Shown here in pieces: positions 10,430-19,374 of a stretch of 64,000 nt of DNA. This stretch comes from a virus (Duplodnaviria; Caudoviricetes): the IMG/VR virus record IMGVR_UViG_3300048561_000027, positions 146 to 64,145 of that record; one strand, given 5' to 3'. Position numbers and translations under genes: made by a program. The notes under the pieces were generated by a model that saw only the letters and a list, made by a program, of their open reading frames with translations, was not told the DNA's origin and did no database searches. Numbering within the stretch: position 1 is the stretch's first letter; every line of letters starts with the position of its first letter.

Positions 10430-10693
10430 ATGAAAGTCGAATCTATGCGGTCCACACGTGGCAATGCCATACCCAATCAATTTATCATCCATGCCGATGA
10501 CGGCGTGACATATTTTCAGAGTTACAACACCGTTATTGCCAGGATTGAAAATAACAAAACTGCCCTAGACGTGAACAAATGGAATTGCAGCAAAACCACA
10601 GCAACCCATCGCAATCAATTTCTCGGCATGACAACTGCGGAAATTAAAGCTGGTATAAATGCCGGTACAATTGAATTAGTCGATCTTAATTAG
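10430..10693 (+). CDS. Early phage hypothetical protein
   Basis: FQSYNTVIA...SKTTATHRNQFLG; AGGAG RBS. Confidence 0.7.
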   Translation: MKVESMRSTRGNAIPNQFIIHADDGVTYFQSYNTVIARIENNKTALDVNKWNCSKTTATHRNQFLGMTTAEIKAGINAGTIELVDLN

Positions 10694-10895
10694 TAATTAT
10701 GAAAATCAACCCCGGCTGTGGTTATTGGGATATCACACAATATCCCATTGGTGGCTGTTTTCGACGAGTGCCTAAAAACAGCGAAGGTTTAATTATTACC
10801 GATATCGTACCCCTAGATCGTCCATATCGGGGCTGTACACACCAAGGGCTAACTGAAGATAGCAAAGTCGCGTTTAATTTGGAGCATACATCGCC

Positions 10896-11732
10896 ATGAT
10901 TACTAAGAAAGAACTTTCACAATTGATTAGGGAAATTCAATTACAAATTGAACCCGATTTTAGAGCTTATGAGGATGACTACATACCGGGCATCTTGCTT
11001 ACCATCGCGTGTTCAGAAGACGGCGAGGACTGGACCTATCAGACCGGCGATACTCAATTCATTGGATCGGCCTACATGTACCCTATTTGGGTAAGTCATG
11101 GCGTCTACAATGATAAGAATATGGATATTACGGTAAGAGAATTGGCAGATATTTTTTATGACGACTTGAAAGCTGAAATTGCCGAACGTCGGGATTATTC
11201 TGATTGGCAAGAATTGACGGAGTAAATCGCTATGAACGTTAAAACCGCCGTGATAACTCATCATCTTTGTAACTTCGCTTGTTGGGAAGCCCGCGAAGAT
11301 GTTTGTCGCTGCGAATGTGGGGGGAAAAACCACGGCATTTTGAAACGCGATCCAGGTATGGTTCTCCCAAAGCGCCGATCTAAAATTAACGATCACATTT
11401 ATAATTTATTGGCGGTAATGACAGATCAAGCCTATTATCTGGCCGAACAAATAAATCGACAAGACGGACCTTGGAAAATTGACGAGTTAACGGACTGGCA
11501 GGGTAAACCTATCACATACCGCCATTGGTGGCGGGATAACGATCCAGGCGCACCTTGTAGGGTAAAACGTGCCAGTAAAGATCAGCAAGCTAGATGGCCA
11601 GAATTGGAGCCCTATCGAAACCTGCCGCGTTATAAGGGCTTGTACTTGGTTTGGTTGCGTCAAGATGTCGTTTTAAACGAAATCAATCAAGAACTTGTAG
11701 AAAAAGTCGGACGTGGAGAAAAATTGTCTTGA
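10896..11732 (+). CDS. Two early hypothetical proteins (10896-11225 acidic; 11232-11732 with CxxA...CxCxCGGKNHG)
   Basis: Consecutive ORFs. Confidence 0.6.
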
Positions 11733-11793
11733 TCCGGTTATTAAAAACAGCTAGTATTTAACTTAATAAAGTTAAATATAGGATTTTTCATAC

Positions 11794-12279
11794 ATGACTT
11801 ACGATGAATTAAAATCAACAGTACAAAACCGCGAACCCCGCGATTGTGTGATAGTCGCACTCAGTTTATTGACTAATTTTCCCTATGCCGATATTCAAGC
11901 CGCCATTGACTTGATTCAGCCTAATCGAACTCCGGGGAAAGGAATTTATTTAAGGCGAGCCTTCGAAGCTCTCGATACGTGTTACAATATCCACGCTTGC
12001 AGTGTTTACGAGTACGGCATTAGTTCTAACAATCTTCTCGGACTGCCTAAAATTCCCACCACAAGACGAAGTAAGATCGGCTATTACAGAATCGCCAGCG
12101 TTAAACAGTACACGAATCGGTCAATCCTGCCTTATGTCCGGACGGGTAAATATTTAATCAGTTATCACGGCCACGTTGCGGCCTGCATAAATGGTAAGAT
12201 CGAAGATTGGTCAAATAATCGCTGCTTGAGAATTCAGGAAATTTTCGTCCTGCGTGACCAATGGAATGACAGGATATGA
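11794..12279 (+). CDS. Hypothetical protein, possible Cys-His (papain/C39-like) fold
   Basis: DCVIVAL ... GHVAACING. Confidence 0.45.
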   Translation: MTYDELKSTVQNREPRDCVIVALSLLTNFPYADIQAAIDLIQPNRTPGKGIYLRRAFEALDTCYNIHACSVYEYGISSNNLLGLPKIPTTRRSKIGYYRIASVKQYTNRSILPYVRTGKYLISYHGHVAACINGKIEDWSNNRCLRIQEIFVLRDQWNDRI

Positions 12280-12966
12280 AAACGATAAACGATATCGTTT
12301 TAACCGTGATTAACGACGGCGACGGCAAGCAATGTGGTCTGTCTTATCAGGACAGGTTAGCGGTAATGAAGCAAAAACGACGTAAGGCACCCGATACCGA
12401 GACAGCCTTAGTTTGGTATAAAGAACACATCAATAACGCCCTGCGAACTTTTGAAGGGGCTTGTAGAAAGTATTCCCCACAGGCTGATAGTGGCGACATT
12501 AAAATCGCCGCGAAACGGATATATTTTTACTATTGCCGACAAGAACTATAAAACGTATACTGCCTTAAACCAATTAAACGGAGCGATAACTATGAATGAC
12601 ATAACGAAATTGCCCAAATGGGCGCAAGAACATATCAAGACCTTGACGGCTGAACGCGATATTGCCGTTCGGACGTTACGACAGTTTTCCGATCAGCAAG
12701 CACTCTCCCCTATATCATATAGGGAGCATTATTTTTATAACGGCGAAAACGGAGAACGGAGTCCGAAAGTTGTTACTCGTTATGTCGCTACGGATTCACT
12801 GACTGTTAATTATGGCGGCGTCACTTTGGACATTATTTTAAGACCCGCCAATAGTGGGCATGTCACAAATTTAATCGATCTGCAATATAGGGATAACGAC
12901 GGCATGATGGTACCTGTTATGCTGCAACCCGTGGCGTTTCAAAAAATGTATTTATTCAAGCAATAA
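12276..12966 (+). CDS. Two early hypothetical proteins (12276-12551; 12592-12966)
   Basis: ORFs; second probably starts MNDITKLPKWAQ after a GGAG RBS. Confidence 0.55.
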
Positions 12967-13168
12967 ATGAAGTTGTCAAATTGCCGTAATTGATCTATAC
13001 TTTTACTTGCTTGAGTTGTACAATAGAAGATATTAAAACCAAACCTTAAGAGGTGATTATTATGAAGCGTTAATCATTTGAAATTATATATTTGAATTAA
13101 ATACTTTGAAGGATTGTGATAGTTGAGTAAGTTAAAATAAGGAATAGGCGGTTCTGTAGGGAAGTGCG

Positions 13169-13201
13169 CCCCGGTGAGAAGGTTCCTCACCGGGGTTTTT
13201 C
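13169..13201 (+). terminator. Rho-independent terminator ending the early block
   Basis: CCCCGGTGAG-AAGGTTC-CTCACCGGGG followed by a T run. Confidence 0.9.
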
Positions 13202-13384
13202 ATTTTACCCCTTAGCTTAATCAAGTTCGTTTAAATTAATTTTGATAAAATTGCAATTTTAGGACTTTATTAAGTAAAGTGCATTAGTGTAGTAATGCAC
13301 TGATACAGTTAAGTCGTTGTTTTTATGTGAATTGGTGCTAAACATGGATGCGGTCATACTTTGGAGTCCGGTATTGTTTTAATA

Positions 13385-13431
13385 CAACATTTAATCAAGA
13401 CAACATTTAATCAAGACAACATTTAATCAAG
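13385..13431. repeat. 16-bp tandem repeat x3
   Basis: CAACATTTAATCAAGA x3 (last copy 15 bp). Confidence 0.95.
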
Positions 13432-13722
13432 TTTGATTTTATGAACTCGGGCTATGAGATCAATCTTGTGTTTCCCGTCCCGGAGAGTCATAGTTGATTA
13501 AGTGAATGTCAAAAGGTCAAGACTTGATGAGTTCCTAGCAGATCCTGGCAACTTGATCAAGTTTGGCGATCACTTCATATCCAATTATCGACTCTCCCCT
13601 CATTGGAGTATAGATGATTGGAGCTAAAATTAATTATAAAGCCCTACACACCACGATTTGATCAGACCCCTCACTACCACACTACTTTATTTCAAAAATT
13701 GCCACAATCAATCCACGTTTCG

Positions 13723-13821
13723 AAAATCTTGGCCCGTTGCCCCTCTATCGACCTCTGAAAATCTTGGCCTGCTAGGTTTGTATTGGCCCCAAAATCTTGG
13801 CCCGATAGGTTTGTATTGACC
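13723..13821. repeat. Three degenerate copies of the 6.8-kb 33-bp repeat
   Basis: AAAATCTTGGCC at 13723, 13758 and 13791; third copy AAAATCTTGGCCCGATAGGTTTGTAT. Confidence 0.9.
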
Positions 13822-13889
13822 TCAAGCCTTTTTTCCAGGTCAAAATCTGTAGAAAATCAGATTGTTGCCCATCAAACAATTTTTCAAAG

Positions 13890-13990
13890 TTATCCACAGC
13901 TTTATCCACAAGTGGTATTTTCGCAACAGCAGTTGTTTATAAGTCACGACGTTGTAATTTCACAACTTAACTTTACACAGCTTATCCACA
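13890..13990 (+). promoter_or_regulatory. DnaA-box cluster (left)
   Basis: Perfect TTATCCACA at 13890, 13902 and 13982. Confidence 0.8.
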
Positions 13991-14052
13991 AGCTATGCAC
14001 TGCAGTTGTTTTTTGTTCTTGTGTTGTCTTAATTAAGCCAATACACGATGCT

Positions 14053-14186
14053 TTAATACAACACTTGCTCAAGCCTGGAGTGAAAGCAGCAAGCTGTATC
14101 AAGTGGTATTAATACAACACTTGATCAAGCCTGGAGTAAAGGCAGCAAGCTGTATCAAGTGGTATTAATACAACACTTGATCAAGC
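14053..14186. repeat. 56-bp tandem repeat x2.4
   Basis: TTAATACAACACTTG(C/A)TCAAGCCTGGAGT...GCAGCAAGCTGTATCAAGTGGTA at 14053, 14109 and 14165. Confidence 0.95.
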
Positions 14187-14227
14187 TGATGGATTGTCTT
14201 TGTCAAGTCTGGAATTGACGACAATTA

Positions 14228-14477
14228 TCTTGATCAAGTTATTGGCATGACCTTTGCTTATTAACTATATTAAGCTAGACAACTAACTTAATCAATTAAG
14301 GCATGGTATTTGCTTGATTAAGTTAATGTCACTTAATTAAGACAATTCAGATTTAATTAATTAAGTCAAGGGCTTTACAATTATATTAATCAAGTGATTA
14401 GAATTTAATCACTTGATACAGTTATTGGCATAAAATGTGCTTATTAACTTAATCAAGTAATTGGCATAGTCCTTGCT
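14228..14477 (+). promoter_or_regulatory. Four tandem sigma54-type -24/-12 elements, each preceded by a palindrome
   Basis: TGGCA-N6-TTGC at 14243 and 14462, AGGCA-N6-TTGC at 14299, TGGCA-N6-GTGC at 14426. Confidence 0.6.
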
Positions 14478-14565
14478 ACGTGCGCACGTGCGCGATATTT
14501 ATTTGCATCTTAGCTTGATACAGTTTAGAATTTAATCACTTGATCAACTAATGGGAGTATCGGAC

Positions 14566-14844
14566 ATGAACATCAGAATGCTTAAATCGACAAATCGCGC
14601 AGAATTAGCGCGAGTTCCTTTCCGCGACAAAATCGCGCTGTGTTTGGTCCCGATCATGGTATTGACGGGCTTTCGATTTTCCAAAGCGTTTCGGCAAGCG
14701 GAGAATGGCTGGAAAAAATTGATCTACACCCTGATCAATGTCGTATTGGCGAATGTGCGATCCGACATGATCGCATATAGGATTGCAGTAAAAAATTACA
14801 ATGATGCCAGCGAATTTTTGCTGGCGCTTAAATCCAAACAATAG
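14566..14844 (+). CDS. Hypothetical basic protein, first gene of the GATC-rich operon
   Basis: GGAG RBS; ATG at 14566. Confidence 0.6.
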   Translation: MNIRMLKSTNRAELARVPFRDKIALCLVPIMVLTGFRFSKAFRQAENGWKKLIYTLINVVLANVRSDMIAYRIAVKNYNDASEFLLALKSKQ

Positions 14845-14854
14845 GAGATCAACC

Positions 14855-16621
14855 ATGTACCAGACACAAAAAGCAAACGGCTTGCACAAACTCCAGAAGG
14901 CCGATTTACGGACCGGGAACTTTTGCATTTTAAAAAATGCCGATTTGCAAAGGATCATTCAGTTTTATAGTAGTTATGGCTTTATTGATTCTTTTTACAC
15001 GTCAATCCATTTTCCCAAATTTTTCCGTCCCTGTCCCCTGCGCCCCCGGCATGGATTTGTCAACTCACGAGTCTGCAATAATCGCGAGGAATTGATCGAA
15101 TTGATCCAAGAAACTCTTGCGCATGACGAAGAGGCTGAAATGATCGTTATGCCGTTGATTGATGCTGATCTGAGTGCAGTCATAACTAAATCTGGTATGA
15201 CTGTCGGATCTGGATCGGATGGCGCTACATCTGGATCAAATCAGACGTTGCAATGGTCACTGCATAGTGACCTGAATTGGTTAAGCGAGCATGTAGGCAT
15301 CACTAACGATCTGTTTTTGGAAACCCTCTTGTCTGATCGAATCTTGTATTATGTACAGGCTCGCGATGGTGTATTACCTGATGCCTTACGATCTGATGCT
15401 TGGATACCCGCTGATCTGACCGTGACCTGTCTGATCGATGTTGCGACATATGATGATGCAGGGCCAGCTTATGAGAGCGCGATCCAGAATGCGCCCCCTG
15501 GATCGGTTTTAATCCATCGCGGCGGAACAATGCTGTCACATTGGGCACAACATGCAATAGTCAAAAAAATCCCGATCATATTCGATGATCGGGATATAAA
15601 GATCGGTGATCAATTAGTCGCGAATGTCGCCTTAACTGATTATGTCGATCATCGCGATGCCCTGATGCAAGGTATTCAATACGGCATGACGTGTAATCTA
15701 TTTGATAACACATACGATGTTATGCAGATCGTTTTATTGACCTTGCACAATGCCATGACTCTGCGCCATACCGCACATGGGTCAACCATGATCGGATTCG
15801 CTGCGTCGGCTTTATTGCGGTATTCATATGCGGCGATCCTTGGCGAGATTAGACACCTTAAAAAAAGACATAAACAAGAGCGCCATGAAATTTTTTCCGA
15901 CACGTTGAGATCCTTTGATGATTTTCTCGATTGCCGAAAAAAGATTACCGATAGCCGGAACAAATTCTTTACTCGGAAATGGTCGTGCGGGTATGGCGGA
16001 CAATCTTGGGGCAATTGTAGTCAGGCGGCCAAACAACTCGAACATGCTTTACTGCAGGTGGTTAGAGAAAAAAGTTATAACCAGCAAGCCATCAATGACT
16101 TGATCTTAAAATCTCATACAGTGATCAATTGTGCGCATAACAATGGACCTTTTCTGGATAAATTCACATCATCGAATTTTTTCGATAGCGCCGCACACGG
16201 GTTATTCACATGGATGGTTGAGACAGGTTATAAACTGCATACGTTTTATCTATCGCAGTTTTTCGGCATTTCGCATCCCATCAATCTAGCTCCCTGGATA
16301 CACTGCAAGGTGCATTTAGCAGTCAATCCGGTACGGGGTAAACGTTTTAAATGGGGTACACTGATCTTGCAATTTAATCGGCGTGATTCTGTTTTTCATT
16401 TTCAATACGGTCAATTGCACCACTATAAATCCTGCACGATTGATCCAGCTAATTTTACCGATCAAGATCGGGAATTTTTGAATCAGGAATTGACATTATC
16501 GCTAGTAAATTCTCTCGCCAATACCGAACGACTCTATCGGAAACTGACTAAGACAACTTTTGAAATGCTATCAGCCGATTTGCAAAAGTATTTGATCCTC
16601 AATCTCGCAAATCTCGCATAA
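14855..16621 (+). CDS. PEP-utiliser/dikinase-like protein: ATP-grasp-like N-terminus, phosphohistidine swivel domain, unknown C-terminal domain
   Basis: GSGSDGATSG and YYVQARDG resemble the PPDK-type ATP-grasp; HRGGTMLSHWAQHAIVKKIP resembles GGxTSHAAIVAR; AGGAG RBS. Confidence 0.65.
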   Translation: MYQTQKANGLHKLQKADLRTGNFCILKNADLQRIIQFYSSYGFIDSFYTSIHFPKFFRPCPLRPRHGFVNSRVCNNREELIELIQETLAHDEEAEMIVMPLIDADLSAVITKSGMTVGSGSDGATSGSNQTLQWSLHSDLNWLSEHVGITNDLFLETLLSDRILYYVQARDGVLPDALRSDAWIPADLTVTCLIDVATYDDAGPAYESAIQNAPPGSVLIHRGGTMLSHWAQHAIVKKIPIIFDDRDIKIGDQLVANVALTDYVDHRDALMQGIQYGMTCNLFDNTYDVMQIVLLTLHNAMTLRHTAHGSTMIGFAASALLRYSYAAILGEIRHLKKRHKQERHEIFSDTLRSFDDFLDCRKKITDSRNKFFTRKWSCGYGGQSWGNCSQAAKQLEHALLQVVREKSYNQQAINDLILKSHTVINCAHNNGPFLDKFTSSNFFDSAAHGLFTWMVETGYKLHTFYLSQFFGISHPINLAPWIHCKVHLAVNPVRGKRFKWGTLILQFNRRDSVFHFQYGQLHHYKSCTIDPANFTDQDREFLNQELTLSLVNSLANTERLYRKLTKTTFEMLSADLQKYLILNLANLA

Positions 16622-16634
16622 AGGAGTGTATAAA

Positions 16635-17366
16635 ATGACTATCAAAAAAACTAAGGGTAATAAAAAATCGGCGAAGGCCGCGCCGATTGAAAAAGCGGCT
16701 CTTACCAGTCCTCCAGTAATTGTCAAAGGATCAAAAGATTTTGAATCCGCGTTTAAACAACGTGAATTTAAAATCTGCGTCCATTCGGGCAATGTTGCGG
16801 TTATGCAAATTCGCGGAATCACGATCTATGGCGCTAAACTGGATCAAATCAGTGATTCAGATTCACGACTACTGTTAAACTGCTCGGGCTCGGATCTGGC
16901 AAAAAATCTGATCACTGTCCCGGACAATTATTCCAATCTATTAACTCAAACGTATGCGCGCAGAGTGATCAATATGAACTGGCGAGATCAAGGCATTCCG
17001 GCAGTAAAGCCTGAATTCTGGATCGCCTTGATCGATGCGATGATCGCAAATAATGATCACGATCTAGTGATCTTCTGTATTGGCAGTCATGGCCGGACCG
17101 GAACAGCAATGGCGAGTTTGATTATTGCCAATCTAGGATTGTCCGCCAGCGATGCGGTAAATTTTGTCCGCAACAGGCATTGCGCGCAATGTATCGAGAG
17201 TGATGCACAGATCCGTTATCTGCAACGTCTCGCCAAGCATTTCAATTGTTCGAGCGATGCCGATAAAAATCTGACGGGGTCTTATTCCGCAAGATTCGAT
17301 AGCAAATATAACGATCTGGATCGTTATGCCGAGATATCCAAATATTACACACAAGGGGATCAATAA
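16635..17366 (+). CDS. CX5R protein-tyrosine/dual-specificity-type phosphatase
   Basis: VIFCIGSHGRTG P-loop, upstream WRDQGIP, downstream CIESDAQIRYL; AGGAG RBS. Confidence 0.85.
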   Translation: MTIKKTKGNKKSAKAAPIEKAALTSPPVIVKGSKDFESAFKQREFKICVHSGNVAVMQIRGITIYGAKLDQISDSDSRLLLNCSGSDLAKNLITVPDNYSNLLTQTYARRVINMNWRDQGIPAVKPEFWIALIDAMIANNDHDLVIFCIGSHGRTGTAMASLIIANLGLSASDAVNFVRNRHCAQCIESDAQIRYLQRLAKHFNCSSDADKNLTGSYSARFDSKYNDLDRYAEISKYYTQGDQ

Positions 17367-17489
17367 ATGTCATACAGACCCTGCAACTTCGATTTTTCCA
17401 GACGATTGGATCAAATGGATCATCAACGATCAGTTATGCGAGTGGTTCGCATGATCGGATTGATCACGATTGTGTTGCTACTGATCTGA
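17367..17489 (+). CDS. Small protein with hydrophobic C-terminus, 40 aa
   Basis: ATG adjoins the preceding stop codon; ends MIGLITIVLLLI. Confidence 0.45.
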   Translation: MSYRPCNFDFSRRLDQMDHQRSVMRVVRMIGLITIVLLLI

Positions 17490-17512
17490 TTTGAGTTAAT
17501 CAACTAAGGATC

Positions 17513-17539
17513 AAGGGCGGGGGTATCCCGCCCTTTTTA
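17513..17539 (+). terminator. Rho-independent terminator
   Basis: GGGCGGG-GGTAT-CCCGCCC-TTTTT. Confidence 0.9.
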
Positions 17540-17552
17540 TTTGGGTCTTCAA

Positions 17553-17816
17553 GCCCTACGCCCTACGCCCTACGTCCAGCCCTACGCCATACGTCCAGCC
17601 CTACGTCCAGCCCTACGTCCAGCCCTACGCCCTACGTCCAGCCCTACGCCCTACGTCCAGCCCTACGCCCTACGTCCAGCCCTACGCCCTACGTCCAGCC
17701 CTACGCCCTACGTCCAGCCCTACGTCCAGCCCTACGTCCAGCCCTACGCCCTACGTCCAGCCCTACGCCCTACGTCCAGCCCTACGCCCTACGTCCAGCC
17801 CTACGCCCTACGTCCA
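17553..17816. repeat. 264-bp array of 7-mer GCCCTAC (x12) and 12-mer GCCCTACGTCCA (x15)
   Basis: Parsed manually: 12x7 + 15x12 = 264; one 12-mer variant (GCCATAC...). Confidence 0.97.
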
Positions 17817-17902
17817 GCACTAGATTTAGTATGTAAAGCAAACCGACACTACACAAGGACAAAAAACCACAAGTAAGTTATAAACAACACGTGGGGATAT
17901 GC

Positions 17903-18087
17903 TGTGTATAACTATTCGTTTGAGTCCCAATAGTTGTTTTCAGCCCACAATGGTTAATTTTTGACCAGTTCGGTGTGGCTTTTATCCGACAGCGTTGTTT
18001 TTATCCCTAATCGCTGTGACTTATACCCAACTGCGGTGCATAACCTGTTGATATCGTGGGGATTTCCTGTGGATAAGCTGTGGGTAA
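17903..18087 (-). promoter_or_regulatory. DnaA-box cluster (right, opposite orientation)
   Basis: TGTGTATAA 17903, GGTGCATAA about 18035, TGTGGATAA 18068, TGTGGGTAA 18079. Confidence 0.7.
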
Positions 18088-18159
18088 TTGCCGATCCGCG
18101 CGTTTCGATTGGTCTTTGCCGTGACTAGGGCCGCGCCATATGCGAACCGCAAATTCGCA

Positions 18160-18268
18160 ACTTAATCAAGTCACTACAGGCTACCCCGGATACTGCCCTG
18201 ACTTAATCAAGTCTTGACAATACCGGCCATAAAATATATATATTTTGCCTTTTCCAACTTGATCAAGT
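18160..18268. promoter_or_regulatory. Three ACTTRATCAAGT palindromic sites
   Basis: ACTTAATCAAGT at 18160 and 18201; perfect ACTTGATCAAGT at 18257. Confidence 0.75.
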
Positions 18269-18285
18269 TAAAACAACCCCACTAA

Positions 18286-18823
18286 TTAATTCACGGGCCA
18301 CAACACGACACAACGGGGCTTGTCTTTTAAACCCTCCCATTCCTCATCAGTCATACAAGCTTCCTCCGCACTCCAGCTACAACAATACACCTGTCCTGAC
18401 CACGTACTATCAGGCTTATAGACTGCATCAGTATCGACCCCACAAAGCGGCGAAAACCCATTACCCTCGCTATCCCTTTGCAAAACAATCTCTGCCTCCA
18501 AATCTACATTTGCAAGAGCGTCTAACAATTCCCGAACTTTCATAGATTATACCTCTTTTAGTTTTCTATATCTTCCTCACCTGGGTAAACCAACAAAGTT
18601 ACCTTTCAACACAGTCTACACTACTGTCTGGCATGTAATCCCACGGTCTGTCTTCTTCAAGAATACACGACGGCACTAAACGAGGGTGTAAATTTTCCGC
18701 TCTGACATTACGTTCAACCCATTGCCACTCCTTCGACCTATAGGGTAAAGTTACTTTTAACTTGGTGTGTATTCGTATAGTTTTCGCGTTAATTTTAACA
18801 ATTTGTGCGGGTATGGATTGCAT
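18286..18823 (-). CDS. Two hypothetical proteins (18286-18543, 18599-18823)
   Basis: ORFs at the end of the minus-strand arm. Confidence 0.6.
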
Positions 18824-18897
18824 AAACCCCCAACCACCCGTGGGGATGTGCGTTCACGTAACTCGTTGCCCCGGATATAATTTAATTACCTTACCAG

Positions 18898-19353
18898 TCA
18901 CAATAATTTTCCACCATGACGATAACCTCGGTGATGATTTTTTTCTAACTTTTCCGCTACGGCTTCATCCATATTAATTTCCAGGCCACCAGCAACGTCT
19001 AATACCCGTATTAATATATCTGCCAATTCTTCTCTAAAATTATTTATGTCTTGTACCCTATGAGCTTCCAATGCTTCGGATACCTCGGAATGAATTAAAA
19101 CAAGCGCAGAAGGTATTAAATATGGGTCATTTGTATCTTTAGGTGTTAAAGCTATCCATCCATTTGCGCGATTTATTTTAAGTATTTTAGTTGATAATTG
19201 CATAAGTGGGCCATTACCTTTATCAGTTTTAGCTTTAGTCCACGCTTCCCAACCGCACCCTTCTTCATTCTCACAATACCAGTTTGACGGGTGAGCGGAT
19301 TCCCCGCCAAGACATCTTAATTCCCCACCACATTTTGGACATGTGTCTTTCAT
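18898..19353 (-). CDS. MazG-like NTP pyrophosphohydrolase with N-terminal Zn ribbon
   Basis: IHSEVSEALEA...EELADILIRVLD; CPKC...C..C. Confidence 0.8.
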   Translation of the reverse strand: MKDTCPKCGGELRCLGGESAHPSNWYCENEEGCGWEAWTKAKTDKGNGPLMQLSTKILKINRANGWIALTPKDTNDPYLIPSALVLIHSEVSEALEAHRVQDINNFREELADILIRVLDVAGGLEINMDEAVAEKLEKNHHRGYRHGGKLL

Positions 19354-19374
19354 ATATTAATTTCAACCCCTCAA

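Noticed and set aside
13783-14112. 109-aa ORF in the control region
   Set aside because: TTG start, no RBS, and it runs through DnaA boxes and repeats; probably spurious
17541-17876. 111-aa Pro-rich ORF
   Set aside because: It is the translation of the 7/12-mer array; TTG start, no RBS, and it lies after a terminator
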